From NCBI GenBank assembly GCA_964016885.1, contig OZ024743.1, positions 52,142,001 through 52,206,000 on the forward strand: 64,000 nucleotides of DNA. The letters run 5' to 3'. Positions 14,220-24,939 of this stretch are shown here, in pieces. The notes beneath the pieces were generated by a model. The model had not been told where the DNA came from. It worked only from the letters and a program-made list of their open reading frames with translations, and ran no database searches. The DNA comes from Eledone cirrhosa (lineage: Eukaryota). Position 1 is the first letter of the stretch. Each line of letters opens with the position of its first letter. The translations under genes were made by a program, and so were the position numbers.

Positions 14220-14552
14220 TATTAAAATAACAGATTAAAGTTTAAGCAAAGAATCGTTGCTTTCACCCTTAACGGGATCTTCTGAAACTGAAAAAATCAA
14301 TCTGTGAATGCAGAAGTAAATATTTTGAAAAACGTTGCAACCAAAGGAAGACAGGAAGACGATACTTTGGTTCGTGGAAACGTTCCCTGGCAAAGAACGG
14401 AAAAAAACGAAGATAATACGTCATTCTTTGGAGCGGTGTAAACAATTACACGCAAAGACAAAACCACGTTTATGGTATAAATGAAGTCGTAGACTGATAT
14501 TCTATTAGGTGGTTCATGGAGACGTTCCCTGGCAATGAACAGAAAGATAATG

Positions 14553-14555
<3 letters not shown>
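14220..14555 (-). mobile_element. Probable Penelope-like 3' remnant with a hammerhead-like motif, between (TA)n tracts
   Basis: Insert between two (TA)n tracts that carries a hammerhead-shaped fold at 14239-14289. The family assignment is inference. Confidence 0.5.
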
Positions 14556-14607
<52 letters not shown>

Positions 14608-14642
<35 letters not shown>

Positions 14643-16018
14643 GTTTAACGTCCATGTTCCACGCTTGCATGGGTTTGGATGGGAGTTTTCCCACTTGAGG
14701 CAAGAGTGGTTGTCTTGCTCGCATAGGACTGTCTGGCGGGTTTTCTACAGCTGGATGCCCTTCCTAACACCAACCACATTTACAGTGTGGGACTGGGAGG
14801 TTTTTACCGTGTTGCCTACACGGCCACATTACAGCGTGGACTGTGTTTTTTTGTCGTGACACCTACACAATCTCATTTGTTTCGGCCTGGATGTTGTGGC
14901 ACCAACGTAACTTTACATTGAAAGGGGCGGTGTGGATGGGGTGGGGGTGGTGTGACGGGGGCGTATTTTGTTAGAGATGCCTACTGACTGTAGTAGGTTT
15001 ACTTTGTATTTAGGCAAGGCGGGTCTTCTCTATTACTGAGTACCGCCAAAGATCTCGGTCCAGTGACATTGTCTTGGAGAGGTGTAAGTATGTGAGGTCG
15101 GAATTTATCAGGTCGTCCCAGGTTTTTCTGGGTCTGCCTACTCCGTGGCTACCGTCTATTTTTATTGCCCTGCACTTTTTTATACAGCTGTCGTCTTTCA
15201 TGCGCATCACGTGACCATACCAATGTAGCCTTCTCTCGAGTAAACAACATCTGATCCCTCTTATTTCTAATTTTTCCCTTAGTTCGTTTATGCTTTGCCA
15301 TTCACGTATATTACTATTACACATCCAGCGGAGCATGCAAGCTTCGTTCCTCTCTAGTCTGCGTATATCCTCTGCACACAATGCCCAGGTCTCACTGCCA
15401 TGCAACATTGCTGTTCATATGCAGGCATCATACAACCTGCCTTTCATTTTTAGGGAGAACCCTTTAGCGGCTAATAGTGGTATAAGCTCTCTGAACTTTT
15501 TCCATCCAGTTCTGACTCTAGCTACTGTACTTTTAGAGCACCCTCCCCCACTGCTGATTTTGTCACCCAGGTAACAGAAGCTGTCCACTATTTCTATAGA
15601 ACCCTCTGCGCAATTGAAAGAGCTAGTATTTTGTGGGCACTTGCTGCTACTTATTGCACCAGAGCACCGGCCACATGTAAAATCTATGTTCTTAGTTAGC
15701 TTACCTGTGATCCCACATCTTTTATGCACCCATACTTTGCATTTGGGACATAAAATGGAGTTTCTACCTACGCCTTACCTACACACTGAGCATGGCTATT
15801 TCCCGGAAGGGACCGGCGCCTTATTTTCTTTCCTACAAACTAGAACTTTAGTCTTAGCCAGGTTAATTTTAAGGCCTTTTGATTCTAGGCCGTGCTTCCA
15901 TGTTTGGAATTTCTTCTCTAGCTCGGCCATTGATTCAGCTATGAGCGTTACATCATCTGCGTATAGGAGTTCCCATGGGCAGCCGGTCTTGAACCCCACT
16001 GTTATAGCCTGAAGGGCA
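14608..16018 (-). mobile_element. RTE-clade LINE, 5'-truncated
   Basis: PWELLYADD, WVHKRC-type zinc finger, FCYLGD and RLHWYGHVMR; (GAT)n tail. Confidence 0.93.
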
Positions 16019-16674
16019 ATATATATATATATATAAACAGAGGTACAAAAGTCTTATTAGATTCATGCTTTATATTGGAAAGAGGAAAGAAAGTTTGATG
16101 TGTTAAGCCCTTCTTCAGAAACAATATATATATATATAAAGACATATGAATACAATTAACATATATATATATATATAGCAAAGTAGAAATCTCAATACAC
16201 AGGATAGTGGAGAATAAATCATTCTTTATAACAAGAAATATATAAAAATTATCCTCGACCAATTTCCATTTTATTTGTATGAAATCTTCCAGCAGTGAGA
16301 AATTGATAATTGACGAAGCTGGACAGCGAAATTATTCACTTTTTAAATTTCCAAAAGTTGTTTCTTTTTCTTCAATCTTGAAGAATTAATGAATGCTTGT
16401 GTTTACAAATGATGGCGGGGAGATGTACTCAATACATGAAATAGAGTGTATACATGTTAGTAGAAATTGAAGCTTCTTGAATTGCATGAATCTGAGTTGC
16501 CGATAGTTCTCAGGGATTGATTTTTGCTTTTCATGTTTCCAGAGTTGTTGTCTTTACAGTTTCATGTCTTTCTTCACTTAACCATTCAACTGTAAAGTAG
16601 CAAGGAGTAAATGCTAAGGTCAGCCACACCGATTAATTCTTTTGATACCAAACTGCCAAATAATACTACTACAA

Positions 16675-17290
16675 CTAATAATAATTGTTTCTACTTTTTG
16701 GCACAAGGCCAGCAATTACCCAGTGCATTACTGGTACTTTATTTTATCGACCCCGTAAGGATGAAAGGCAAAGTTAACCTCGGCGGAATAGTAAGTAGCA
16801 ATCAACTAGTAAATGTTCTGGGCTGCTGACCACAGTCTAATGAGCTTAAACCTTAACCCTTTTGATATCAAACTACCTGAAATTGGCCCTAGTTCTCTCA
16901 TACAAAACTGCTTATTTTAAAATGTTTATATTTATCTAAAATCTTTCATCATAATGTAAGTTCCAAAAACTAGCTTAATAATCGTTTCTACTTTTGGCAC
17001 AAGGCCAGCAACTACTCAGTACATTACTGGTACTTTATTTTATCGACCACGTAAGGATGAAAGGCAAAGTTAACCTCGGCACGATTTGAACTCAGACCGT
17101 AAAGGGACGTAACTATGCTGGAAAACATGGTGTCCAACCCTCTACCGACACTGCTTAATAATTGTTTCTACTTTTGGCACAAGGCCAGCAATTATCACAG
17201 TGTATTACTGGTACTTTATTAATGAAAGTTACTGTTACTAAACCCCACCAATTTCTTAATTATTTTAAAGAAAAGTGTTAAAGGGGTCAT
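16675..17290. mobile_element. Cluster of SINE copies (minus strand) adjacent to and nested in a TTAA-CCC piggyBac-like MITE (about 16857-17286)
   Basis: SINE tails tttctacttttggcacaaggcc at about 16688, 16985 and 17165. The MITE start is ttaa-cccttttgatatc, and related bodies occur near 57500-57968 and 62800-63020. Confidence 0.7.
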
Positions 17291-17399
17291 AACATAATAG
17301 TTGTAGCTGTCGTATTAACCCAGCAGTGACCTTTCACCTGTCACTATTACAACTTTAACAAATGAAAATGAAAAAACAAAACTGAAGATGTATACATAC

Positions 17400-18240
17400 C
17401 TGTCAGCTTTATGTAAATGACCAGTTATTTCTAGCTTGAGAAAAGGGGATTTGTGGTGTTGTCTTTTAGAGGATACACTTGGTAATATTGGATGGGTACT
17501 TTTCCTTGAACGGGTTAGGTTTTGTTTCAAGATCTTCGGTGGATTGTTTTGCTTTCGGAAGAGTTTGAATTCTAGTTTGGGCTCATTGAAAGTTGACTCT
17601 TGGGTATCACTATTATTAGGCTTATTTAAGCTATAGCTAACTTGAGGGTCAATTAAGAAAGAGTCAGACGATCCTGTGGTGAGGTCACTGGCCGAAGATG
17701 CTGTTGAAAAAGGCAGCTTCTGGTTTGGAATGAGTTGTTGCAAGGTGTCATCATTAAGACCATTTGAAACTGCCAAGTGTGGACAACTGCCAGTAAATGA
17801 GCTGGGCTTTTTAAGGTGACTGTGGGACAACTGACAACACAATGCAGTCAATGTCTCTGGACAATCTGGTGGACACTTGTATAAAGCAGGAGCAGATGTA
17901 GAATCAGGGAAATGTTTCAGAGGGGGACAGCTTTTGCCTCGGCCACTGGGTTTTACTGGATTACCGAAAACTTGGGCAATATTTACTTTTCTTTCCTGTG
18001 GAATCCTCATTAAGTTCTCCACATTGACATTTTGTGATGAGGCTGTAGTGAACAGAAGAATTGGTGCCTTCCCCTTTCTTTCCAAACTCTTGGAGCGGCT
18101 ATGTATATTGAAGGCAGCTGCTTGTGGATTTGAGACCTGAGTAATGGTTCGGCCGCTTTCTTTAGCTGAATACTGACGGAATTGTTGCTTTTTATTGAGA
18201 CACTGTAACGCTTCCTTTATAGATTTCTCCTCACATGTAT
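17400..18240 (-). CDS. TTLL5: TTLL5 large C-terminal exon
   Basis: GTGTAG|...AG|GTATGT, phase 1 to 2, 841 nt of open, non-repetitive frame. Starts DTCEEKSIKEALQCLNKKQQFRQYS (compare ALQRLAEKQAARQYS). Confidence 0.85.
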
Positions 18241-18285
18241 CTACACAAGAGAATAGATAGATAGATAGGTAGATAGATAGATATA

Positions 18286-18658
18286 TTTCTTTATTAGCCA
18301 CAGGGGCACAAAAGAAGGGGACAAATACAAAGGGGGAAGTTTACATACAATAAAAACGTGTAAAATGTTATCACAGATGGAATTTAAAAGTTAGTCGATT
18401 TTCCCCAATAGAGGGAGACAGTTTATATGGGTAACACATACCCCCGAAAAAAATGTGCAACCCTCATCTCCAGGAGTACGAAGAGCTTGTACTCCTTTCC
18501 TCTCCTCCTCCTTTTCCTCAATCTACAGGCTGATATAGAGAGAAGGCCCATTCACTCGGGCCATTCTCGCCACTTTCACCCACCTTTCATAAAACTTGCT
18601 GGGGTACAGCACCTCTCTCTCCATCCTGATTCTTCTTCCAAAGTGGTATTTGAAAAAA
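18286..18658 (-). mobile_element. Tx1/L1-like LINE 3' fragment, copy 1
   Basis: FFKYHFGRRIRMEREVLYPSKFYERWVKVARMARV; ends GCTAATAAAGAAA followed by (TCTA)n. Confidence 0.8.
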
Positions 18659-18708
18659 GGTAGGTAGGTAGGTAGGTAGGTAGGTAGGTAGGTAGATAGA
18701 TAGATAGA

Positions 18709-19413
18709 TTTCTTTATTAGCCACAAGGGCGCAACAAGAAAGGGGACAATACAAAGACATGCCGGGGATTTTACATACAGTCGTGTAAAAAATATAAAAA
18801 CAAACAATTTCAACAATCGAAATCCCCAATAGGGGGGAGGCGCTACAAATGGGTTGTTTAATACCCCGTCGATAGAACAACCCTCAACTCGAGGAGCGTG
18901 TTGTGCAAGTGCTCCTTTCTTCCTTTTGCTCTCTTCCTCAACCTACAGGCTTATAAACAGAGAAAGCCCAATCACTCGGGCCATTTTCGCTTCATTCACC
19001 CACCTTTCAGTAAATTTACTGGGGTGCAGTGCCTCTCTCTCCACCCTGATTCTCCTTCTAAAGTGATACTTAAAGAAGGGAATCAATTGTTGTCCGGAGA
19101 GAAAGGCATCTGTCCTCAGTCCTCTCAACCTCGTCCACCATATAACTTCTTTCACTATAGCCACCGTACAGAGGAAAACCGCCTCTCTTTCGTTTTTGAA
19201 AGAGTCTGGCGGTTTGATCCTTACTATGTACTCGGCAGTCAACTGGATTTGTCCCATACGCGACAGCAGTTGTTCTGCATAGTTCCACAGGTCGCTTACG
19301 CCCGGGCAGTGTACAATTGCGTGCAGAACTGTTTCAATGTCCTGCGCACATCTTGGACACGTCCTCTTGGAAGGATCCCTGCCAGGGCGTCCGTGCCTGT
19401 AGATCTTGTCACG
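18709..19413 (-). mobile_element. Tx1/L1-like LINE 3' fragment, copy 2
   Basis: zf-RVT-like CPRC...ETVLHAIVHCPGVSDLW; same 3' end; (TCTA)n-type repeats on both sides. Confidence 0.85.
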
Positions 19414-19486
19414 ATAGATAGATAGATAGATAGATAGATAGACAGATAGACAGACACTCAGACAGATAGATAGATACATAAATATA

Positions 19487-20115
19487 TTTTTTTATTAACC
19501 ACAAGGGTGCACAAGAAAAGGGGACAAAACAAAGACATGCCGGGGATTTTACATACAGTCGTGTAAAAATATGAAACAAACAAATATAACAATTGAAATC
19601 CCCAATAGGGGGGAGGCGCCACAAATGGGTTGTTTAATACTCCGTCAATAGAACAACCCTCAAATTCAGGAGTGTGTTGTGCAAGTGCTCCTGTCTTCCT
19701 TTTGCTATCTTCTTCAACCTACAGGTTTATATACAGAGAAGGCCCAATCACTCGGAGCCATTTTTGCCACATTCTCTCACCTTTCAGTAAATTTACTGGG
19801 GTGCAGTGCCTCCCTCTCCACTCTGATTCTCCTTCTAAAGTGGTATCTAATGAAGGGAATGAGTTGTTGTCCGGAGAGAAAGGCATCTGTCCTCAGTCCT
19901 TTCAATCTCGTCCACCATATAACCTCTTTCACCATAGCCACTAGACAGAGGAAAACCGCCTCTCTTTTGTTTTTGAAAGAAGTTGGCGGTTTGATCCTTA
20001 CTATGGAGTTGGCAGTCAACTGGCTTTGTCCCATACACGACAGCAGTTGTTCCGCGTAGTTCCACAGGTCGGTTACGCCCGGGCAGTGTACAATTGTGTG
20101 CAGGACGGTTTCAAT
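19487..20115 (-). mobile_element. Tx1/L1-like LINE 3' fragment, copy 3
   Basis: ETVLHTIVHCPGVTDLWNYAEQLL; flanked by (TCTA)n and (TCTG)n. Confidence 0.85.
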
Positions 20116-20138
20116 GATAGATAGATACATAGATAGAC

Positions 20139-20213
<75 letters not shown>

Positions 20214-20744
20214 TAGACAGACAGAGACAGTCAGACAGATAGATAGATTAGATGAATAGTTAGATAGACAGATGGACCAACAGATAGAGAAATGAATGGA
20301 CCAACAGACAGATAAATAATTAAATAATGAAATAAATAACAAATATAACAAAAAAAGGATAAAAATGTGAAAATAATTGTTTTTGATTAAGGTACAAGGT
20401 AAGCAGTGTTTTTTGGGGGTGAAGGAGGGAAGGGACAGGCGCTCTTTTTCATTTTTTCTGCAAACCAGATTTAATTCCATACATACATATACATGATAGT
20501 GCACGCACACTTGCACACACAGACACACAGACACACACACCTATCTATCTGCTGCATCAGTTTTTCCAAAGCTCACTATATACAGCAATAAGAAAGATGC
20601 TAAATTTGAGAATGTGAAAATGGCAACAACTTTCTGGCTGTTCTCTATGGAAATACTTTCTTGTCCACTGCGAGGCGCAGTTAAGATGTACTGCTTAGCT
20701 AAGGACACAGAGTTCCTATGTGTATGTGTGTGTATATATATATA

Positions 20745-21261
20745 TCAATCATCATCATCAATTAACGCCTATCTTCCTTGCTAGCATGGGTTAGACGGGT
20801 TTGTCCCATTTAGAGGCAAATTGGGTCGGGTGACCGTGTCTCGCTCATATAGGAGAGTTTCTGTCTGGTTTTCTATGGCTGGATGCCCTTCCTAACACCA
20901 ACCACATTTACAGTGTGGACTGGGAGCTTTTTACTCTGTTACCTACACGACCACATTACAGCATGGACTGTGTTTTTTTTGTCATGACACCTACATGACC
21001 TCATTTATTTTGGACTGGATGTTGTGGTACCAACATAACTTTACAGAGAGAGGGTGGTGTTGGTGGGAGTGGGAGGATGGAGTAGGGTTAGTGGGTTAGG
21101 GTGTATATTTGGTTAAGAGGTGCCTACTGACTGTAGGTTTTGCTTTGTACATAGGCAAGGCGGATCTTCTGTATTACTGCGAGGCGCCAAAGATCTTGGT
21201 GCAGTGACATTGTCTTAGAGAGGTGTAAGTGTGTAAGGTTGGAATTTATTAAATCGTCCCA
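20745..21261 (-). mobile_element. RTE LINE 3' end
   Basis: Matches the 3' UTR and ORF end of the 9724-10997 and 14608-16018 copies. Confidence 0.85.
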
Positions 21262-21890
21262 TACATGTATATGAAAAAATTACCCACTCTACTACTCCAA
21301 GTATGAAGTACTCTGGTTAGTAATATATATAAATAAAATATATAAATAAAAATTGTATATTTAATTGATTAACATATGTTTTGCCAGGCTAAATAGAAAA
21401 CAGAACATTCTCATTAGAACAGCTCATCAGTATCTACAAAAGTTCAAATTAATATTGAGAAAATATTACCTTCAATTGTACATATGACTATCCTAGTGTT
21501 GAATGTGGTAGGCTGCCACAATAAAACACACTCAGCCCACACTGTAAACTGGTAGTGTTGTTACCACAATAAAAGACACCCAGTCCACCCTATCAGGTGC
21601 AGGTAACAGTACCATGATAAAAGCATCTGGTATACACGGTGATGTTGTTGGTGTTAGGATGGACATCTAGCCACAGCAACCATGCTAGCATGGAATGGAT
21701 GAGCAAGATAGAGTCATCTGACCAGTCTAGCCTCACAATGTGGTCCATGCAAGCATGGAAAATAGACATAAGATGCTGGTTATCATATACCAACCAAGGA
21801 AGGAGAGTTTGCTCTTCTTCATTTCTCCGCTCTCTCTCTCTCTCTCTCTCTCTGCTGACAGTTAAATATGGATCTACTACAACAACTTAC

Positions 21891-21965
21891 CAACTGAAAC
21901 ATCTGAAGTGGCAGAGGGAAGACTTTGAGATTTTGGTGTTGGAGGAGGGTTCTTGGGCAGCAGCA
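21891..21965 (-). CDS. TTLL5: TTLL5 probable symmetric 75-nt exon
   Basis: ATACAG|...G|GTAAGT, phase 1 to 1. LLPKNPPPTPKSQSLPSATSDVSV. Supported by splice signals and phase only. Confidence 0.7.
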
Positions 21966-22575
21966 CTGTATGAGATAGATATAAAGTGTGAGTAAGAGGA
22001 AGGGATAGACAGAGTGAGTGGGATGGAGGGATATATATATATTTCACCTTTTTCTTACAAACACCAATTTTCATATGCACTTTATTAATTTAATATTTTG
22101 TTTTTCTCCTTATCAACACCAATTTTTCATACAAACCCTATGCCATCACCTAACCCCCACCCACAGGTACATTGTTTTTTGGATGACCTTAAACTCACCC
22201 CCAACCTGACCTGAGAAAAACCCAGTCTTTTTCGTCCTTGTGAAACATTACAGCTAAGCCCTAAAAATATCTAATTTTTTTCTACCATCTATGTATTCAT
22301 TCTTAAAACCTAGCCAAAACACAGCCCCGCTAAGAGCAAGACATGACACGGCCAGCTTGCCAGACCTCCCTCATAATGGGATCATCCAGCTTCCAAAATA
22401 CGGTTCCACTGTGAGCAGGGTATGGCATGGCCAACTGACCAGACTTAACAGTGCCACCCAGTTCCACCCAGTTCCACACTGTAAACATGGTTGGTGTTAG
22501 GAAGGCCTTCCAGGTGTAAAAATCCCAGCCAAAATATTGTTCTGTTTGTGCAGAAATTCTTTGCTTAAACTTTAA

Positions 22576-23189
22576 TCTGTACTAATAATAAATATTCGCT
22601 CTACGGGTTTATATATATATATATATATTCAAATTTTCAATGCCCTAGGGACCGAATTAGGCAAAAAAAAGCATATTTTAGGCCTTAAAGGCTTCTTTTT
22701 GGCATAACGGAACAATAATCCAGGCAATTTCTCCAAAATTTGCATTACTTATGTCGTTTAAAGTGTTTTGATCAAAAAAGATTTTCTCATTTTTTGCCCC
22801 AGGGACCGCATTAGGCGAAAAACCGATTTTTTAAAGCATTTTGATTGCGTTAGGGCCTGTAACTCGCGAAGTACCAAACCAATTTAAAAAAAATTTTTCA
22901 TATGCATTACTTTTGTTTCACAAATTTTCTTGACTGAAAAAGATTTCAAATTTTTGCCCAGGGACCGGATTGTTTAGCATTTTGGTTGTGTTAGGGCCTG
23001 TAACCTTAAAAGTATCTTCATGTTTTACAAACCTCTGGTAATCTACGACAATTTTTTTTTATAAGCACAAAATGTAGACAGCATCCTCAGACTGAGGTAT
23101 TCCGTACTTCTCTGAACTGATTCAGAAAGGAGGGATAAACATGCCAATCTATGTTTATAATCCTGAGCAATGCCGGGCCATTCTGCTAG
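22576..23189 (+). mobile_element. Non-autonomous Helitron
   Basis: A|TCTGTACTAATAATAAA ... CCTGAGCAATGCCGGG hairpin ... CTAG|T. The 5' boundary is less certain than the 3'. Confidence 0.72.
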
Positions 23190-23651
23190 TATATATATAC
23201 AATTGTTATTGAGCCCTCTTTGGATTTTGGTCTTCATAATTATTATTACTATATATATAGACAATACAAAGAGCGTGACGCAATTGCAATAGATTTGTTG
23301 AACGATATTTCAACAGTTAGTCTGTCTTTGTGGAGATTGATAGAAATGTCAACAAAGACAGACTGTCGAAATATCACTCAACAAATCTATTGAAATTACA
23401 TCGTGCTCTTCATATTGTCTATTTACCTTTGTGAAGAGTTACGTCAATCCTTTTAAAATATATATCATATTATTACTATAATATATATATTATATTATTA
23501 CTATAATATATAGTACATGGGCAGAGGTGGTGAGAGCTGACCTCAGATAGCTGAAGCTCACAGAGGAGATGACAAGGGACCATGAGGAATGGAGAGATGC
23601 TGAAGAGGACCTGTCCTACCCTTACAAGCAGAGAAAAGTGGACGTAAAATG

Positions 23652-23656
<5 letters not shown>

Positions 23657-23746
<90 letters not shown>
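23657..23746. repeat. (GA)n microsatellite
   Basis: About 45 perfect units. Confidence 0.97.
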
Positions 23747-23749
<3 letters not shown>

Positions 23750-23764
23750 CTAGTTTCCACTTAC

Positions 23765-23982
23765 ATTTTGCAGGCCTCTGCTGATGCTGTTGTGAGGGTT
23801 TGCTCTGTTTATGCCCCAGGTTGCCATCTCCAGGACAACACCCCTTGGTAGGTCTGCTGTCCTTGTCACCTGACTGGTTGTGGCTTGCTAAACCATCACC
23901 AGTGCTGCAGTTACCCAGGAATATACCACCAGACTTGCGCAGTTTTGTATAGGTCGTCAACACCATTTCCAACTCATTCTCA
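23765..23982 (-). CDS. TTLL5: TTLL5 exon
   Basis: TTGCAG|...|GTAAGT, phase 2 to 1. ENELEMVLTTYTKLRKSGGIFLG... (compare [23 protein letters not shown]). Confidence 0.92.
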
Positions 23983-24094
23983 CTGCAAAATGACAATAAT
24001 GTTACTATTTAGGAACTGATCGAGTGGTGGTGTATTAAAGAATGTGAAGAATTTTTTAGAGGTGAGAGAGAGGAAAAAAAAAATATATATATAT

Positions 24095-24207
24095 ATATAG
24101 ATGAGATTCTACAGGACTAGAACTGTTTCATTCTTTAGAAATCATCAGGATTCCTGATGATTTCTAAAGAATGAAACAGTTCTAGTCCTGTAGAATCTCA
24201 TCTATAT
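24095..24207. repeat. Perfect palindrome with 56-bp arms and a 1-nt loop at 24151
   Basis: Checked base by base. Confidence 0.97.
24149..24197 (+). ncRNA. Minimal type I hammerhead ribozyme motif (Penelope-like)
   Basis: GATTC-CTGATGA-TTTC TAAA GAAT-GAAA-CAG TTCTAGTC CTG-TA-GAATC. Intact core, 5-bp stem I, stem III with a CUAG-containing loop and a GUA cleavage triplet. There is a non-canonical U.U at the base of stem II. Confidence 0.7.
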
Positions 24208-24283
24208 TAAAACTTTTATACTCTGCTATGTATTGAGTACCTTAGTTACTGTGGTTACCTCCGATTCAACCCAGAACAACTTA

Positions 24284-24335
<52 letters not shown>

Positions 24336-24837
24336 TCTATATATATATATGTGTGTGTGGGTCTGTACATTTTAATTTAACTTTTTAATTATTATGTATT
24401 TCATTCCTTCAGCTCATTAAATTACAGGGGATTAACGCGAGTCTTTAACTCCATTTTTTCATTTGATATATATATATATATATATATAAGGTAGATATTG
24501 AGTTAGAAACTCAAAATAGTCTCTTACAGTTAAATAGCTCAAAGAAAGAAGTTTTTCTGAGCCATGTAACATAATGGAATATAAAAGAGAGATAAACACA
24601 AATATAAACATACATGTGTTCAAATTGTAAGGGACCAAGTTCACTAGGGTGAAAAAAATACTAACTATAACAATATAGTTTGCCAGACTTAATTTAAAAT
24701 AATAAATCAAGAAAAAGAAAAACAAACCTATATTGGGCAACTGCCGGAACACCCTGGAACACTTGGTCCCTTACAATTTGAACACATGTATGTTTGTATC
24801 TGTGTTTATCTCTCTTTTATATTCCATTATCTATCTA

Positions 24838-24925
24838 TCTTTTTTACACGACCGTATGTAAAATCCCCGGCATGTCTTTGTATTGTCCCCTTTCTTGTTG
24901 CGCCCTTGTGGCTAATAAAGAAATC
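24838..24925 (+). mobile_element. Tx1/L1-like LINE extreme 3' tip in (CTAT)n
   Basis: Nearly identical to the 3' end of the 18709-19413 copy; ctatctat on both sides. Confidence 0.8.
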
Positions 24926-24939
24926 CATCTATCTATATA

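Noticed and set aside
16300-16345. TTGACGA-AGCTGGACAGC-GAAA hammerhead-like motif
   Set aside because: A stem II is present but the core C is missing and stem I cannot be formed.
20541-20715. Possible extra exon in unique-looking sequence
   Set aside because: I found no acceptor/donor pair giving the required phase 1 to 1 without a stop.
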